Both the position numbers and the translations under genes were made by a program. Of a DNA stretch of 64,000 nucleotides, positions 8,679-19,138 are shown in pieces. The stretch's first letter is position 1. Every line of letters begins with the position of its first letter. The notes beneath the pieces are model-generated. The model worked only from the letters and a program-made list of their open reading frames with translations. It was not told the DNA's origin and searched no databases. The stretch spans positions 8,612 through 72,611 of the forward strand of contig JAATFD010000041.1 in NCBI GenBank assembly GCA_015655375.1. The letters are read 5' to 3'. The DNA is from Actinomycetales bacterium. GTDB lineage: Bacteria > Actinomycetota > Actinomycetes > Actinomycetales > Actinomycetaceae.

Positions 8679-10015
8679 TGGCTACACGACCGCCATCCTT
8701 CACTCCGGATCCTCGACGCCAGAGACCCGATTCCTCCGGAGCCCGCTCCGCGTCCTCCCCAAGTGCGTCGTCCCCGGGCGCGCAGTCACGGGGCTCCGAT
8801 GCGAACGAGGCCGTCCCTGAGTCCCCGCCCTCGTTCGCGCCCCGCTCCGGCCGGGCGCCAGCGCGCGGATACCGGCCTGCGCCCTCCGAGGACGAGGACC
8901 GGATTCCGCCCTCGTGGGCAGCTGTGAACAGGGCGAGCATACAGCGCCCACCAGTCTTCTCGCCCACTTCGTCGGCCCAACAGACCGACGGCGCGCGCCC
9001 CGCCGCCCCACCGGGGCGTCAGCCTGCGGCTCAGGCACCTTCCGGGTGGCGACAGTCCTCCAGGTCGACGGTTCCCGTTCGTCGACGTCGCCATCGGCGG
9101 TGGCCTATGGTCCTGCTCGTCCTCCTCCTGGTGCTGGTCGCGTGGCCCGGGTTCCTCCTGTGGGATGCGAACCGGAACCTCGAACGGGTCGATGCGCTCT
9201 CGTCAGCAGCCGGCACGGCGGGAACGACTTATCTGCTGGCGGGATCCGATTCCCGGGCCGATGGCTCGGTCCCGGACGACACCGAGGGGCAGCGCGCCGA
9301 CTCGGTGATGCTCGTCAACGTCGCCTCCAATGGCCAGGCCAGCGCCATCTCGATTCCCCGCGACACCTACGTCCAGATCCCCGGATATGGTTGGAACAAG
9401 CTCAACGCGTCCTACTCCTACGGTGGGGCTCCGCTGTTGGTCCAGACCGTCGAGAGGCTGACGGGCTTGACCATCGATCACTTCGTCGAGATCGGCATGG
9501 GCGGCGTCGGCGAGATCGTCGATGCGGTCGGTGGCGTCGAACTCTGCCTCGACATGGACGTCAACGACGAGAAGTCCGAGCTCGTCTGGCAGTCCGGCTG
9601 TCATGTCGCAGATGGGACGACAGCCCTGGCCTTTTCCCGGATGCGCTACTCCGACCCGCTCGGTGACATCGGACGGGCCCAGCGCCAGCGTCAGGTCGTC
9701 ACCCAGACGATCAAGACGGCGATGTCTCCCAAGGTCCTCATCAATCCGATCTCGGCCTACAAGTTGGAGAGGGCCGGCTCCTCGGCGTTGACCATCGACC
9801 AGGACTCCTCCGTCGTCGACGTCGCCCGGCTCGTACTGGCCTTCCGATCAGCAAGCAATTCGGGGCTGACGGGTACGCCGCCGATCGAGTCACTGGGCTA
9901 CGCCACGTCTGCCGGATCAACGGTCCTGCTCCAGGACACGACGGCCCCGGAGTTCTTCCAGAAGGTCCTCAACGGGACGCTGACGACATCCGACGTCACC
10001 TCGTCGACGTCGTGA
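8678..10015 (+). CDS. LytR-CpsA-Psr (LCP) family protein, second tandem copy
   Basis: The ATG at 8678 overlaps the preceding TGA by 1 nt. A long Pro/Ser/Arg-rich N-terminal region is followed by a TM helix (WPMVLLVLLLVLVAWPGFLLW). The LCP core reads YLLAGSDSR...SVMLVNVASNGQASAISIPRDTYV...LTGLTIDHFVEIGMGGVGEIVDAVGGV. Confidence 0.85.
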   Translation: MATRPPSFTPDPRRQRPDSSGARSASSPSASSPGAQSRGSDANEAVPESPPSFAPRSGRAPARGYRPAPSEDEDRIPPSWAAVNRASIQRPPVFSPTSSAQQTDGARPAAPPGRQPAAQAPSGWRQSSRSTVPVRRRRHRRWPMVLLVLLLVLVAWPGFLLWDANRNLERVDALSSAAGTAGTTYLLAGSDSRADGSVPDDTEGQRADSVMLVNVASNGQASAISIPRDTYVQIPGYGWNKLNASYSYGGAPLLVQTVERLTGLTIDHFVEIGMGGVGEIVDAVGGVELCLDMDVNDEKSELVWQSGCHVADGTTALAFSRMRYSDPLGDIGRAQRQRQVVTQTIKTAMSPKVLINPISAYKLERAGSSALTIDQDSSVVDVARLVLAFRSASNSGLTGTPPIESLGYATSAGSTVLLQDTTAPEFFQKVLNGTLTTSDVTSSTS

Positions 10016-10106
10016 GACACCGCCCCTCGAGGCACGCCAACTCTTCGCCTCGAAACACGTCGTCCAACGTGGGCCGGGGGCGGTGCGCTCGTCTCAGGAG
10101 AGAGCC

Positions 10107-11102
10107 TCAGCCCTTGCCGGGCACGTCGATTCGCCGAGGGCTCTGCTGCCAAGCCTCCCAGGCAGACTCAAGGATCTCCGTGACCCCATAGTTCGCCTTC
10201 CACCCGAGATCGACGGCGATGCTCATCGGGTCACCGATCAGCTTCGGCGGATCGCCTGCCCGTCGCGGGAGCTCCTCGACCGGGAACTCCCATCCGGACA
10301 CCTCACGCAGGCCGTCCATAATCTCGCGCACCGAGGTCCCCATGCCCGTTCCCACGTTGAACACGTGATGCTCGGGCGCGCCCTTGAGCAGGTTGTCGAG
10401 GGCGAAGATGTGGGCCTCAGCCAAGTCCGTGATGTGAATGTAATCGCGGATGCAGGTGCCATCGGGCGTCGGATAGTCAGTCCCGAAGATCTTCGCTGGC
10501 TCGCCCTTCGCCAGCCGGTCCAGCACCATCGGCACCAGGTTGAGCGTCGCGGGATCGGCCAGGTCCGGCCATCCCGCTCCTGCCACGTTGAAGTAGCGCA
10601 GCCCGATCCAGTTCAGGCCCCAGGCCCGCTCACAATCGGCCATGATCCATTCGCCGATCAGCTTGGTCTCGCCATAGGGATTGATGGGCTTCGTCTCAAC
10701 GTCCTCGGGAACGACATCGACCGGAGGCATCCCATAGACCGCCGCGGACGAGGAGAAAATCAGGTTCGAGACTCCTGCGTCCTCCATAGCCAGCAACATG
10801 TTGGCCAGACCACCAACGTTCTGCTGGTAGTACCAGGCGGGCCGCTCGACGGACTCGCCGACCTGCTTGCGAGCCGCGAAATCAATGACGGCCGTGACGT
10901 CCTCGTCAACCATCGTGTTCGTCAGGATCGAGCGCGCTGCATCGGTGGACACATCGAGCGTGACCAGCTTCGCGTCCCCGATCCGATCCGGTGTTCCGTA
11001 GGAGAGGTCGTCAACGACCACCACCTGCTCACCGCGCTGTTGGAGGAGTCGGACGACATGGGCGCCGATGTAGCCGGCACCGCCACTCACAAGAATGCTC
11101 AT
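10107..11102 (-). CDS. galE: UDP-glucose 4-epimerase
   Basis: 331 aa, MSILVSGGAGYIGAHVVRLL... The sequence is SDR extended family, with a YxxxK region (PINPYGETKLIGEW). Confidence 0.9.
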   Translation of the reverse strand: MSILVSGGAGYIGAHVVRLLQQRGEQVVVVDDLSYGTPDRIGDAKLVTLDVSTDAARSILTNTMVDEDVTAVIDFAARKQVGESVERPAWYYQQNVGGLANMLLAMEDAGVSNLIFSSSAAVYGMPPVDVVPEDVETKPINPYGETKLIGEWIMADCERAWGLNWIGLRYFNVAGAGWPDLADPATLNLVPMVLDRLAKGEPAKIFGTDYPTPDGTCIRDYIHITDLAEAHIFALDNLLKGAPEHHVFNVGTGMGTSVREIMDGLREVSGWEFPVEELPRRAGDPPKLIGDPMSIAVDLGWKANYGVTEILESAWEAWQQSPRRIDVPGKG

Positions 11103-11467
11103 GCGGACCAGTCTACGAGGTCGCCTCCTCCGTCCCGAACTCCCCAGAAGCGCGCCCCTTTGAACCTTGAGTCACGTTCACCGACGAGGACAGAGCGGGA
11201 TCGGTCCTGTCGCCAACGTGCCGGCTCTGGTACCCCGGTCGGGTCCGCTCCACCCTGGGGGCTCTATGGCTCCAGAGATAATGAATGGGCGGGAGCCTCG
11301 TCGAAGCAGTCGGCGCTATCGATTCGACGCTGCGGGTGCTCCTCGGCACTCCGAATCAGGCGCCGAGGCCGGCTCCCGCGCCTGCCCGAATCGTAGTGAG
11401 TCAACCGGTGATCTAGCATATCCGCCTGTCTTGAGGACGACAGAGAACGTGCCTCACGGCAGAGCGT

Positions 11468-12091
11468 TCAGGAACGGCGATCTGGCACGAGGCGCTCCAT
11501 GCCTCGGCCGAATTCATCTTCCGCTGTCTCGGCTCCCACTCGCGCAGCCAGTTTCGTCCCCTTCTCGAGGGCGATGCCGCGCAGGTCGGTCTGGAACGTC
11601 CGCATCTGCTCCCGCAGCCCAGCTGCGACTTCATCCCCACCGGCACCCAGGATCCGCACGGCCAGCAGCCCCGCGTTGCGGGCCCCACCCACGGAGACCG
11701 TCGCCACCGGCACCCCGGCAGGCATCTGGACGATCGACAGCAGCGAGTCAACGCCGTCCAGATGCGCGAGCGGCACGGGCACGCCGACGACGGGCAACTC
11801 GGTCAACGCCGCCAGCATGCCCGGCAGGTGTGCCGCTCCCCCGGCACCGGCCACGATCACCCTCAGTCCTCTCGACGAGGCCGAGCGCCCGTAGGCAACC
11901 ATGTCCTCGGGCATGCGGTGAGCCGAGACGACGCCGACCTCGGCGCTGATCCCGAACTCCGTGAGTGCCTCGACGACCGGCTTCATCGTTGGCCAGTCGG
12001 AGTCCGACCCCATGACGACACCGACGATCGGGTGCTCCCCGATCTGCGTGAGCACTGGTGCCGACGAGGTTGCAGCCTGATTCTGGTCCAT
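11468..12091 (-). CDS. purE: N5-carboxyaminoimidazole ribonucleotide mutase
   Basis: [22 protein letters not shown]...SAHRMPEDM...[18 protein letters not shown]. The ATG at 12091 is preceded by GGGGAGAA. The track ORF is over-extended upstream. Confidence 0.9.
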   Translation of the reverse strand: MDQNQAATSSAPVLTQIGEHPIVGVVMGSDSDWPTMKPVVEALTEFGISAEVGVVSAHRMPEDMVAYGRSASSRGLRVIVAGAGGAAHLPGMLAALTELPVVGVPVPLAHLDGVDSLLSIVQMPAGVPVATVSVGGARNAGLLAVRILGAGGDEVAAGLREQMRTFQTDLRGIALEKGTKLAARVGAETAEDEFGRGMERLVPDRRS

Positions 12092-12119
12092 CGGGATTCT
12101 CCCCATTCGTTCGTTCCGG

Positions 12120-13271
12120 TCAGTGCCCTTGCAGCCGATCGACGGCTTCGCTCGCCGCCGCCCGGGCAGACTCCGGGTCCACCCCGCACACCGTGACATG
12201 CCCCAGTTTGCGCCCGGGTCGCACGTCCTTGCCGTACAGGTGGACGCGCACATCTGGCGAGGTCGCCAGTGCTGCCTCCAGCCCGTGTCCCGGATTCTCC
12301 AGGTCCGAGCCGAGCAGGTTGACCATGACGGTCCACGGTGCGCGCGTCGCCGTGTCCCCCAGGGGAAGGTCGAGGACCGCACGCAGGTGCTGCTCGAACT
12401 GGCTGGTCACAGATCCGTCGATCGTCCAGTGTCCCGAATTGTGGGGCCTCATCGCCAGCTCATTGACGAGGACATCCTGACGACCGTCGTGGTCGACGAG
12501 GAACATCTCGACGGCCAGGACACCGGTGACATCGAGTTCGCGGGCAATCGTCTCACCGATCTCCCGGGCCCGCCGAGCAACCTCGGGATCGAGGTCCGGG
12601 GCGGGCGCCGTCACGATGGAACAGACCCCGTGCTCCTGGATGGTCTGCGCCACGGGCCAGGAACGGATCTCCCCCGACGGCCGCCGTGCCAGCAGTGCCG
12701 CGAGTTCTCCAACGAACTCCACGCGTTCCTCACCGAGCAGCACTCCCGCCCGGTCGAACCAGTCGTCCACGCCGTGCGCATCCTCGACCACGCGCACCCC
12801 GTGACCGTCGTAGCCGCCGACCGGAGTCTTGACGATCACGGGCCACCCGACCTCGTCGCCGAAAGCGGCCAGATCCTCGGGCCCCTCCAGACGTGCCCAT
12901 CGCGGGCACGGGATCGACAGCTCACCGAGCCGCTCGCGCATCGCCAGCTTGTCCTGGGCATACAGCAACGCAGCAGCACTCGGCTGAATCGACAGCGACC
13001 CCGGCAGCGCGGCCAGTAGCTCCTGTGGAATGTGCTCATGTTCGAAGGTCAGCACGTCGGCGTCCTCGACCAAGGCCTCGACCGCGCCCATGTCGGAGGC
13101 TTCTCCCACTGAGGAGTCGACGACGACTCTGCCGGTCGATCCGCCCGAGGCCTCCACAAGCGCCTTCAGCCTGATTCCGAGCGCGATCGCGCTCTCCTGC
13201 ATCATTCTGGCCAGTTGGCCGCCGCCGATGACGGCGACCACGGGCCCCGTCTGGCGCTGGGTGTCCACCAC
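12120..13271 (-). CDS. purK: N5-carboxyaminoimidazole ribonucleotide synthase (ATP-grasp)
   Basis: [14 protein letters not shown]...[12 protein letters not shown]...[15 protein letters not shown]...[18 protein letters not shown] start near 13271 is inferred from where the family similarity begins. The track ORF (to 13838) is over-extended. Confidence 0.88.
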   Translation of the reverse strand: MVDTQRQTGPVVAVIGGGQLARMMQESAIALGIRLKALVEASGGSTGRVVVDSSVGEASDMGAVEALVEDADVLTFEHEHIPQELLAALPGSLSIQPSAAALLYAQDKLAMRERLGELSIPCPRWARLEGPEDLAAFGDEVGWPVIVKTPVGGYDGHGVRVVEDAHGVDDWFDRAGVLLGEERVEFVGELAALLARRPSGEIRSWPVAQTIQEHGVCSIVTAPAPDLDPEVARRAREIGETIARELDVTGVLAVEMFLVDHDGRQDVLVNELAMRPHNSGHWTIDGSVTSQFEQHLRAVLDLPLGDTATRAPWTVMVNLLGSDLENPGHGLEAALATSPDVRVHLYGKDVRPGRKLGHVTVCGVDPESARAAASEAVDRLQGH

Positions 13272-13448
13272 GGGATTCAACCTACCGCGCCCACGCGATG
13301 TGCCCGACGCACCATCTCTCCACGGACATCGACCGAGACACACTCCACATCTGCCGGTTGTTCGCCTCCCCACTCCACGGCGCCCACGATCGGTGCCCGT
13401 CCACCGCGCGGATACCTCGCGTCCAGTCGCAAAGGCTACGATGCCCGG

Positions 13449-13979
13449 GTGACCGACATCGAGACCGCGGAGCCCCACTTCGGGTCCCCCCGTCCCCTCG
13501 ACCGACTGCTCAACCGGATGCCCGGCACCCGCTCGCTGTCGCGCCAACGTCGAGAAAGCCTGACCGAGATCGCCCGATTCTTGATCGTCGGTGGGATGAA
13601 CTGGATCGTCGACTTCACGGTCTTCAACGTGATGCGGGTCCTGATCGGCGCGAACTGGGTGCTGGTCGCCAAGGTCGTCGCCGTGGGCGCCGCCACCTTG
13701 TTCTCCTGGGTCGTCAACCGTCGGTGGACTTTCGCGGCCCGCGCCACCGATGCGCCGGGGCGCGAACTCAGCGGATTCGTCGTCGTCAATCTCCTGGGGA
13801 TGGCACCGCCTCTGGTCTGCCTGTGGATCTCCCACCATCTGCTCGGCCTGACGTCGGTCCTCGCCGACAACATCTCAGCGAACGTCATCGGCCTGGTCAT
13901 CGGAACAATCCTGCGGTACGCGGGTTACAAGTTCTTCGTCTTCACCGGACGCAAGGCTCCCACACCCCACCAGGACTGA
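13449..13979 (+). CDS. GtrA-family polyprenyl-linked-sugar translocation/membrane protein
   Basis: EIARFLIVGGMNWIVDFTVFNVM...WVVNRRWTF...LRYAGYKFFVF is the typical GtrA-like four-helix layout. The GTG start at 13449 is inferred. Confidence 0.75.
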   Translation: MTDIETAEPHFGSPRPLDRLLNRMPGTRSLSRQRRESLTEIARFLIVGGMNWIVDFTVFNVMRVLIGANWVLVAKVVAVGAATLFSWVVNRRWTFAARATDAPGRELSGFVVVNLLGMAPPLVCLWISHHLLGLTSVLADNISANVIGLVIGTILRYAGYKFFVFTGRKAPTPHQD

Positions 13980-13996
13980 CTGACACCAGAAGCCGC

Positions 13997-15322
13997 TCAG
14001 AACCTCCGACTGCGCCGCCCCATCGAGACCAGTGGCCCTTCGGGCATCACGCGATCCGGGTCCAGCGAGGCCGGAACCGCGGCCAAGGAGACCGTGAAGA
14101 CTGGCGGACGCTGCTGGGTCAGCTCAATGCGTCCGCCCATCCCCTGCATGAGGTCGCGAGCCAGCGCCAACCCGATCCCACTCGACCCGTGCCCGGAGAC
14201 TCCGTACTCGAAGATGTCGGGTGCTAGATCCGCCTCGACGCCCCCGCCTTGGTCGGAAACCTCGATCATGACACCACGACCGTTCGTGGAGCGCCGGGAA
14301 GCGACCCGGGTCGTTCCCGCCCCATAACGCAGGGAGTTCTCGATGAGGGTAGCCAGCACCTGCGCCAGCTTCGCCTCATCGGCCAGGACCGGCAGAGCCG
14401 CCTCGTCGGCGAAGACGAGTTCGCGTCCAGCGTGGGCGAACGGAACCTCCCATTCCTCGCGTTCCGTGTTGAGGACCTCGAGGACGTGGATCGCCTCGGT
14501 CTGTCCGGCCGTCCGCGCATTCGAATCAAGCAGATCGGTGACGACACCTGTCAACCGCTCGACCTGTTCGAGGCTGCGTTGGGCCTCATTCCGGACTTCG
14601 TCCTCGGTGGAGATCATCTCGATCTCTTCCAACCGCATCGACAGGGCCGTCAACGGGGTCCGCAGCTGGTGTGAGGCGTCCGCCGCGAACTGGCGCTCGG
14701 CGGCCAATCGCCCCGCCATACGCTCGCCGGTCCGCGCCAGCTCGTCCTGGACGAGGTCGATCTCTTCGATGCCGGAGGGCTTGACGCGGGCACGGACCTG
14801 CCCGGACCCGATCTGTTCGGCCTGGGCCGCCAAATAGATCAGCGGCGCGGACAGGCGCCGCGACAGCCGATTCGCCAACGCCCAGCCGAGCAGGAAGGAC
14901 AGCACGATTCCGACGAGGAAGACGGAACACACCAGCGCGACACCGCGGATTGCAGGCGCCGCGGAGACCTCCATCCGCACCGTCGTCCCGAGTGCAGAAG
15001 AAGACACGGACGCGAGGCGTGGTCCCTCGATCTCCGCGCCGACGACGATCGTCGGTCCCGCAGACACCGCCACCCGAGTCCATGCCGTCGGCTCTCCGGC
15101 CGACACCGGTTGCGACCACGAATCGACGAGCGATTGAGTGACGTCCTGGTGGTCCGTGACCCGCCGGTCGACTGTGCGCAGCATGGACTGCACGCGCAGA
15201 TCAAGACTGTGCTGCTCGGAGTTCCACATGACGACCGACCCGAGGATCATGCCGGGGATCCCCAGAAGCAGGGCCACGACGGCGACCGCCGTCAGGATCA
15301 TCTGTACCGAACGCCTGCGCAT
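13997..15322 (-). CDS. Two-component sensor histidine kinase
   Basis: 441 aa with two TM helices flanking an extracytoplasmic loop. H-box: FAADASHQLRTPLTAL. N and G boxes: LIENSLRYG, DQGGGV, GSSGIGLALA. Confidence 0.9.
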   Translation of the reverse strand: MRRRSVQMILTAVAVVALLLGIPGMILGSVVMWNSEQHSLDLRVQSMLRTVDRRVTDHQDVTQSLVDSWSQPVSAGEPTAWTRVAVSAGPTIVVGAEIEGPRLASVSSSALGTTVRMEVSAAPAIRGVALVCSVFLVGIVLSFLLGWALANRLSRRLSAPLIYLAAQAEQIGSGQVRARVKPSGIEEIDLVQDELARTGERMAGRLAAERQFAADASHQLRTPLTALSMRLEEIEMISTEDEVRNEAQRSLEQVERLTGVVTDLLDSNARTAGQTEAIHVLEVLNTEREEWEVPFAHAGRELVFADEAALPVLADEAKLAQVLATLIENSLRYGAGTTRVASRRSTNGRGVMIEVSDQGGGVEADLAPDIFEYGVSGHGSSGIGLALARDLMQGMGGRIELTQQRPPVFTVSLAAVPASLDPDRVMPEGPLVSMGRRSRRF

Positions 15323-15427
15323 GGCTCGACCTCCCTCTCGTCGTTGCCGCCGTGAGGCTCGTCGCCGTCCCGGTGCGCCGACGCGCCCTCATCCTGGGTG
15401 GGACTGGGGCGTGTCGAGGGCTGAGCG

Positions 15428-16108
15428 TCAGTCCGTGCCGGTCTCGAAACGGAAGCCCATGCCCCTCACGGTGGTGATGTAACGTGGGTCGGCGGCGTCA
15501 TCCCCCAGCTTGCGCCGCAGCCAGGACACGTGCATGTCGAGGGTCTTCGTGGACCCCGTCGGATCGGATCCCCAGACCTCACGCATCAGCGTCTCGCGCT
15601 CGACGACGCTGCCGGCCTCGCGCACGAGGACGCGCAGCAGATCGAACTCCTTGGCGGTCAGCTGCAGTTCCCGCTCTCCCGCAAAGGCTCGGTGGGCGGC
15701 AACGTCGACACGAACGTCCTGCGCCACGAGGTCTCCTTCGGCCGCCTCCCCAACGGTGCGACGCAACAGGGCGCGCACTCGGGCCAGCAACTCGGCCAAC
15801 CGGAAGGGCTTGGTCACGTAGTCGTCGGCTCCGGCATCCAGGCCGACGACCATGTCCACCTCGTCCGTGCGGGCCGTGAGGATCAGAATCGGGACCACGC
15901 GCCCCTGGGAGCGAATCTCGCGGGCGACGTCGAGTCCGTCGATGTCGGGAAGCCCGAGGTCGAGGACGACGAGGTCGACGCCCTCAAGTTCGGACAGGGC
16001 TCCTCGACCGGTACCGTGGGCCCTCACTTCGTAGCCCTCACGTCCCAGGGCGCGGGCAAGCGGTTCGGAGATCGCGGGATCGTCTTCGACGAGGAGCACA
16101 GTAGTCAC
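15428..16108 (-). CDS. OmpR/PhoB-family response regulator
   Basis: VTTVLLVEDDPAISEPL...VVLDLGLPDIDG...TARTDEVD...GADDYVTKPF, plus a winged-helix C-terminus (LTAKEFDLLRVL...YITTVRGMGFRF). The start is uncertain: GTG at 16108 is preferred, while the track start at 16156 is a TTG. Confidence 0.88.
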   Translation of the reverse strand: MTTVLLVEDDPAISEPLARALGREGYEVRAHGTGRGALSELEGVDLVVLDLGLPDIDGLDVAREIRSQGRVVPILILTARTDEVDMVVGLDAGADDYVTKPFRLAELLARVRALLRRTVGEAAEGDLVAQDVRVDVAAHRAFAGERELQLTAKEFDLLRVLVREAGSVVERETLMREVWGSDPTGSTKTLDMHVSWLRRKLGDDAADPRYITTVRGMGFRFETGTD

Positions 16109-16235
16109 AGGCTCATGGTATCCCGCAGAGGCGCCACTTTCACTTTCCTTGACCAAGTAAAGGACGACTCACGTTGTGAAATACCCGTCTCCATTCCCGG
16201 TCATGGACGCGCGTGAACGTTCCCGAGCAAACGGC

Positions 16236-17366
16236 TCAGTCATAAGAACGGGACAACAGGTAGGGCGAGACCGTGCCAAATCCTCTCAATTCAGCGCTCG
16301 GAAACTCCTCAAGCGCGTATCCCGACCCACCCTTGCCCGCCGCGATCGCCGCTGCCGTTGTCGGATCGGTGAGGATCTGGCCCACCGGCGCCACGTCCAC
16401 GAGTCGAGACGCGAGGTTCACTGGTGGTCCGAAGACATCGCCCGACCGGGAGAACACATCGCCACGCACGAACGAGGCTCGCACCGGAAGAATGTCATCA
16501 TCGGCCTGGAGTCGCTCGATCAATGAGGTCACGACCCGCAACCCCGTCGACAGATCGTCGGCGATGAAGAAGACGGCATCGCCGATCATCTTCACGACGC
16601 GCCCACCGGCCTCCGTGACGGCGTTGCGCGACGCGTCCTCGAAACGTTCGATCAACCCGACCAGTTTTCCCCCGAGGATCGTCGAGGACGACGTGTAGGA
16701 GACCATGTCGACGAAGCCGAGTGAACGCGTCAGGGGGAAGCGCCTCCTCGCGGCCTCGTGACCGCGCTGAGCGACCTCGTGATCGACACGCGCCAGGAGC
16801 GCCTCAAGCTGACGCTGCCACGAATAGATCAGGGAACGCCCAAGGTAGTCGAGGTGGGTGCTCATCTGGTCGAGGGCGACCAACCGGGCGGACGTGTCGT
16901 CGAGGTCGAGGCGCCGCGCGTTGTCCTCGACCAAAGCCTCGACCTGCCAGAGTGCCAATCGATCGGCGATGTGGGACTCGGCGCGCAGCAAGGAGCGGGC
17001 GGTCGCCAGATCGATCGCGCCCGAGTCGATCAATTCGCTCCATGAGCGATACGCCTCAAGGTCCCGCTCGGTGAAGACCGCCCCATCGGGATCAACGGCA
17101 GGAAACCCCATGGCAAGCCAAAACTCGTGGACACGACGCAGTTGGGTCGAGGTCTGTTCGGCGAGGTCGCGCGCGCTCAGAGTCGGACTGCCGCCGAGGA
17201 GGAGGCCTTCATAAAGTCCGATCGTCGAGGTCGGCGCTGCTGCGTCGGGCATACCACCGGCGGGATCATGGGCCGTGGGCTCGGTCGAGGTCACGCTGGT
17301 TGCTCCTCCTGTGGTCATGTCGCGTCGGTAGGGCATCCGCTTGACCGTTACTGTGTCCGACGTCAC
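16236..17366 (-). CDS. Class III adenylate/guanylate cyclase domain protein with an N-terminal regulatory region
   Basis: The C-terminal half (SLGFVDMVSYTSSS...VVKMIGDAVFFIADD...GDVFGPPVNLASRL) fits the class III cyclase fold. The start is uncertain (GTG 17366, or ATG 17336/17318). Confidence 0.75.
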   Translation of the reverse strand: MTSDTVTVKRMPYRRDMTTGGATSVTSTEPTAHDPAGGMPDAAAPTSTIGLYEGLLLGGSPTLSARDLAEQTSTQLRRVHEFWLAMGFPAVDPDGAVFTERDLEAYRSWSELIDSGAIDLATARSLLRAESHIADRLALWQVEALVEDNARRLDLDDTSARLVALDQMSTHLDYLGRSLIYSWQRQLEALLARVDHEVAQRGHEAARRRFPLTRSLGFVDMVSYTSSSTILGGKLVGLIERFEDASRNAVTEAGGRVVKMIGDAVFFIADDLSTGLRVVTSLIERLQADDDILPVRASFVRGDVFSRSGDVFGPPVNLASRLVDVAPVGQILTDPTTAAAIAAGKGGSGYALEEFPSAELRGFGTVSPYLLSRSYD

Positions 17367-17449
17367 GATGTCAGCCTAATGCCCGATGGTGCCACCGGCT
17401 ATGCCTGGATGGCGAAATCGCGCGCGGGCAGGAAGACTACGCTGATCAC

Positions 17450-19138
17450 GTGACAGATGCACCCACCCGCACGCTTTCGTCCCTTGACGAGCGCGCAGAC
17501 GCCTACATCCATGCCATCGCCCGGCTGAATCCCATTGCTGCCATGGATTGGGGCCTGCCAGGAGATCCCGGAGCCCTGCCCGACTACTCACCCGAGGGAC
17601 AACAGGCCTTCGATGACCTCGACCGAACGTTGATCGCGGATGCCCGCACCCTGGAGCCTCGTGACGAGGCCGACCGCGTGACTGCCTCGGCAATCACAGA
17701 GAGCCTCGGGGCCGAACTCGCATTGAGCGAAGCCAACTAATGGCCGGGCGTCGTCAACAACATCGGCTCCCCCATCCAGGACATCACCCAGAGCTTCGAT
17801 CTGATGCCGACCGAGTCGCCGGAGAACTGGGAGCACGTGGCCGAGCGGCTCCACGCCGTGCCCCAGGCCCTTGCCGGATACATCGAGTCATTGCGTGTGG
17901 CCTCTTCACGTGGACAGATCTCTGCCCGCCGCCAGATCGGGATCGGGATCGATCAGTCACGGGCGCTGTCCCGGGATTCCGGGGTGCTTGGTGCTCTCGC
18001 CCAACGCGGGATCGCCGCCACCGACAGGATAAGTCCCGAGGTGGCCGACCATCTGAGGTCCGGCGTGCACGCTGCCGAGCGGGCCTACGACGGACTCGCT
18101 GACATGCTCACCTCAGAACTCCTCGACAGGGCCCCGGAGGCGGACGGCGTCGGCCGCGAGCGCTACGAGCGCTTCTCGCGCGCGTCCATCGGCGCCGTCG
18201 TCGACCTCGATGAGACCTATGACTGGGGCCTCGACCAGTTGGCTCAGATCGACGCGGAGGAACGCGCGATCGCTGAGCAACTCTATGGGCCCGGAGTCTC
18301 TGTCCGTGAGGCCCTGGACCGGCTCAACAACGATCCGAGCCTCCAGTTGCACGGCACGGATGCCCTTCAGCAGTGGATGCAGGAGCTCGCCGACTCCGTC
18401 ATCGCGGACCTAAACGGCACTCACTTCGACATTCCCGAGCCCGCGCGCCGCATCGAATGCCTGATCGCGCCCGCCCAGGACGGCGGTATCTACTACACGG
18501 GCCCGTCCGCGGACTTCTCCCGCCCAGGGCGCATGTGGTGGGCCGTGCCCGAGGGAGAGAACGTCTTCCACACCTGGCAGGAGCGCACGACGGTCTTCCA
18601 CGAGGGCGTTCCCGGTCACCACCTCCAGATCTCGCAGGCGATGTACGAGTCGGGCTCCCTCAACCTCTATCGGCGTCTGGCCTCCTGGAATTCCGGGTTC
18701 GGCGAAGGCTGGGCCCTGTACGCCGAGGGGCTGATGGCCGAGCTCGGCTACCAGGACGAGCCCGCGAATCGCATGGGATTGTTGGACTCAATGCGACTGA
18801 GGGCCGCACGTGTCGCGCTCGACATCGGTGTCCACCTGGGCAAGGAGCGCCCGGATGGTCAGGGCGTGTGGGACCGCGACTATGCGTGGACCTTCCTCAA
18901 GGAGAACGTCGCAATGGCCGATGGGTTCCTGCTCTTCGAGCTCAACCGCTACCTCGGATGGCCCGGTCAGGCGCCCTCGTACAAGGTCGGCCAGCGACTC
19001 TGGCAAGACCTGCGCGAGGACTATCTGGCGACCGCCGCCGACCGCGGCGAAGAAGCGACGCTCGCCGCCTTCCACTCGAAGGCGCTGCGCCTGGGCGGCT
19101 TGCCGATGTCCACCTTGCGTGAGGCAGTCCTGTCGTGA
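17450..19138 (+). pseudogene. DUF885-family protein (HExxH-like HEGVPGHH motif) interrupted by a single in-frame TAA at 17738-17740
   Basis: ORFs 17450..17740 and 17804..19138 are in the same frame (354 nt apart). Reading through gives ...LGAELALSEAN*WPGVVNNIGSPIQDITQSFDLMPTESPENWEHVAERLHAVPQALAGY. This is one continuous DUF885-type sequence with no other lesion. Confidence 0.8.

Noticed and set aside
11103-11467. The 365-nt spacer between galE and purE, considered as a candidate sRNA or riboswitch because it contains several short inverted repeats.
   Set aside because: The stems are only 5-7 bp. There is no terminator-like T-run and no match to any RNA family I can recognise. It is probably the galE promoter/leader plus the purE 3' region.
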